DNA from: Squalus acanthias
Lineage: Eukaryota
DNA length: 64,000 nt
Reading direction: 5' to 3'
Assembly: GCA_030390025.1 (NCBI GenBank)
Contig: CM059432.1
Span: 61,630,001-61,694,000 of the forward strand
In this document: positions 62,768-64,000 of the stretch, piece by piece
Position numbering within the stretch: position 1 is the first letter of the stretch
Layout: each line of letters begins with the position of its first letter
The notes under the pieces: generated by a model
Databases searched by the model: none
Seen by the model: only the letters and a program-made list of their open reading frames with translations
What the model was told of the DNA's origin: nothing
Made by a program: the position numbers and the translations under genes

Positions 62768-64000
62768 GTACGTTTTAGAGCAGTTACTCTTTGCACATTG
62801 ATCTTAGTTTTTGAACTTTATTGGAGGTCTTAAACTTGACTGTAATTGTCCAGATCCAGTGGATCTTAACATTCACGTGAAAGCAAGGCCCTGAGCCTGA
62901 ATTGTTGTATTTTTTCATCCTGTTCCATCCTTCTACTGTTTATTTGTGGCATTCTACCTGAAGAAAATTGAGCATAGTTAATTTTTTTATTATGTATTAG
63001 TGATTTTTATTCTCTGTTCTGGGGGAAGAATAACCTGAACACTGGCAGAACTCCCAGACTTTGTGCAGTTTCTGTTAGTGCCAAATGGCATGAAATAACA
63101 CAGTGCCAAAAGCAGTGAACAATCTCTTTGTGCGATCATTGAATGGTTGCTGTCAGCGAGTGAAAAATATTCACTCTGAAATTGTGACAGTGAGTTTGTG
63201 GGAGAAAAGTTTTTCACAAGACACACTTGTGGTATGATGGAGAACCAGTCTATTGAATTCTCATTGTAACTTCCAAAATATTTTCTGTGATATAATGGTG
63301 CAACATTTTTTAATGCCAGCTGTTTCAAAGTAGATCAGAAGAATGCATAAAACCGTAGAACATTCTGAATGAGATGAAATGTGATTTATTTTTAAGGCAG
63401 AAATACAACTCATTTCTATGAAAATTCACAAGTCCTAAAACACAGTGTGGCCGATTTTCATATATACTGCACATTGAGTGGACGATGGGCGAAGTGATCT
63501 CACCACCCACTCAATGGCACTAGCGACGGTCCCAAACCATTTTCATGGTCAAACCTCATTTTAATTATCGGAAGTGTGTGCTTGAAGAAGGAAGAAGGCA
63601 TCCGGGGGTGGGCACAAGGGGCCGGCAGCGGGCTGAAACATTTCTGTGGGGAATGGAGGAGCATTCTCCTGGCCCCAGAAAAATCAGTGCACCAATGCCA
63701 CAGATTTTTCCTGCATTTTTAGAGCAGCTTGCAGCAGTCCCTTTAAGGATAGCTGTATGGCCAGTCAACGCACAGTTCCATTGGGTGTCGCGCATGCTAC
63801 TACAAATGGCGTTGGACCTGATTTAAATATTTCAATAAGGCTACCTGTTCTGGGTGGAAGCGCTGGCTACCAATTTTAATATCCCGCGTGAAAATCAAGT
63901 CTGTTGAGTTGCAGGCGGCCAGTGGGTGATAGATTTTTAAACAAAATTTTTGTCTGCCTACCAATGTTCCCTGAAATTTTTTGGGGGCTACATGGTCCCT

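Noticed and set aside
62553..62801. Stand-alone 82-aa ORF
   Set aside because: It is an internal exon. The GTG start overlaps the acceptor and the tail after 62767 is intron.

Overview
Vertebrate genomic DNA, most likely from a cartilaginous fish (inferred from the CR1/L2/SINE repertoire). The window covers the 5' part of an alpha-dystrobrevin (DTNA) gene on the + strand. Three coding exons (28605-28671, 58897-58977, 62554-62767) splice in frame to [66 protein letters not shown]...LLAAYD. Most of the rest is nested transposable elements: many CR1 LINEs (one full length, with an esterase ORF1), L2 LINEs, single-ORF RTE/RTEX-like LINEs with a tRNA-like head, Neptune-type Penelope-like elements (PLEs) carrying minimal hammerhead ribozymes, a decayed PIF/Harbinger transposase with several MITE families, hAT MITEs, and a ~2 kb 31-33 bp minisatellite. 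The most unusual observations are: (1) a PLE insertion bounded by a 14-bp TSD that contains a ~530-bp copy of DNA from 16 kb upstream; (2) hammerhead ribozymes in PLE terminal repeats; (3) a young CpG-rich MITE carrying promoter motifs and splice donors just upstream of the DTNA start exon, with an inverted twin 28 kb away; (4) a LINE with a Pol III head; (5) a CR1 5' UTR with an internal TATA box, a duplicated start motif and an apparent intron. Boundaries of old repeats are approximate and all identities were judged by eye.
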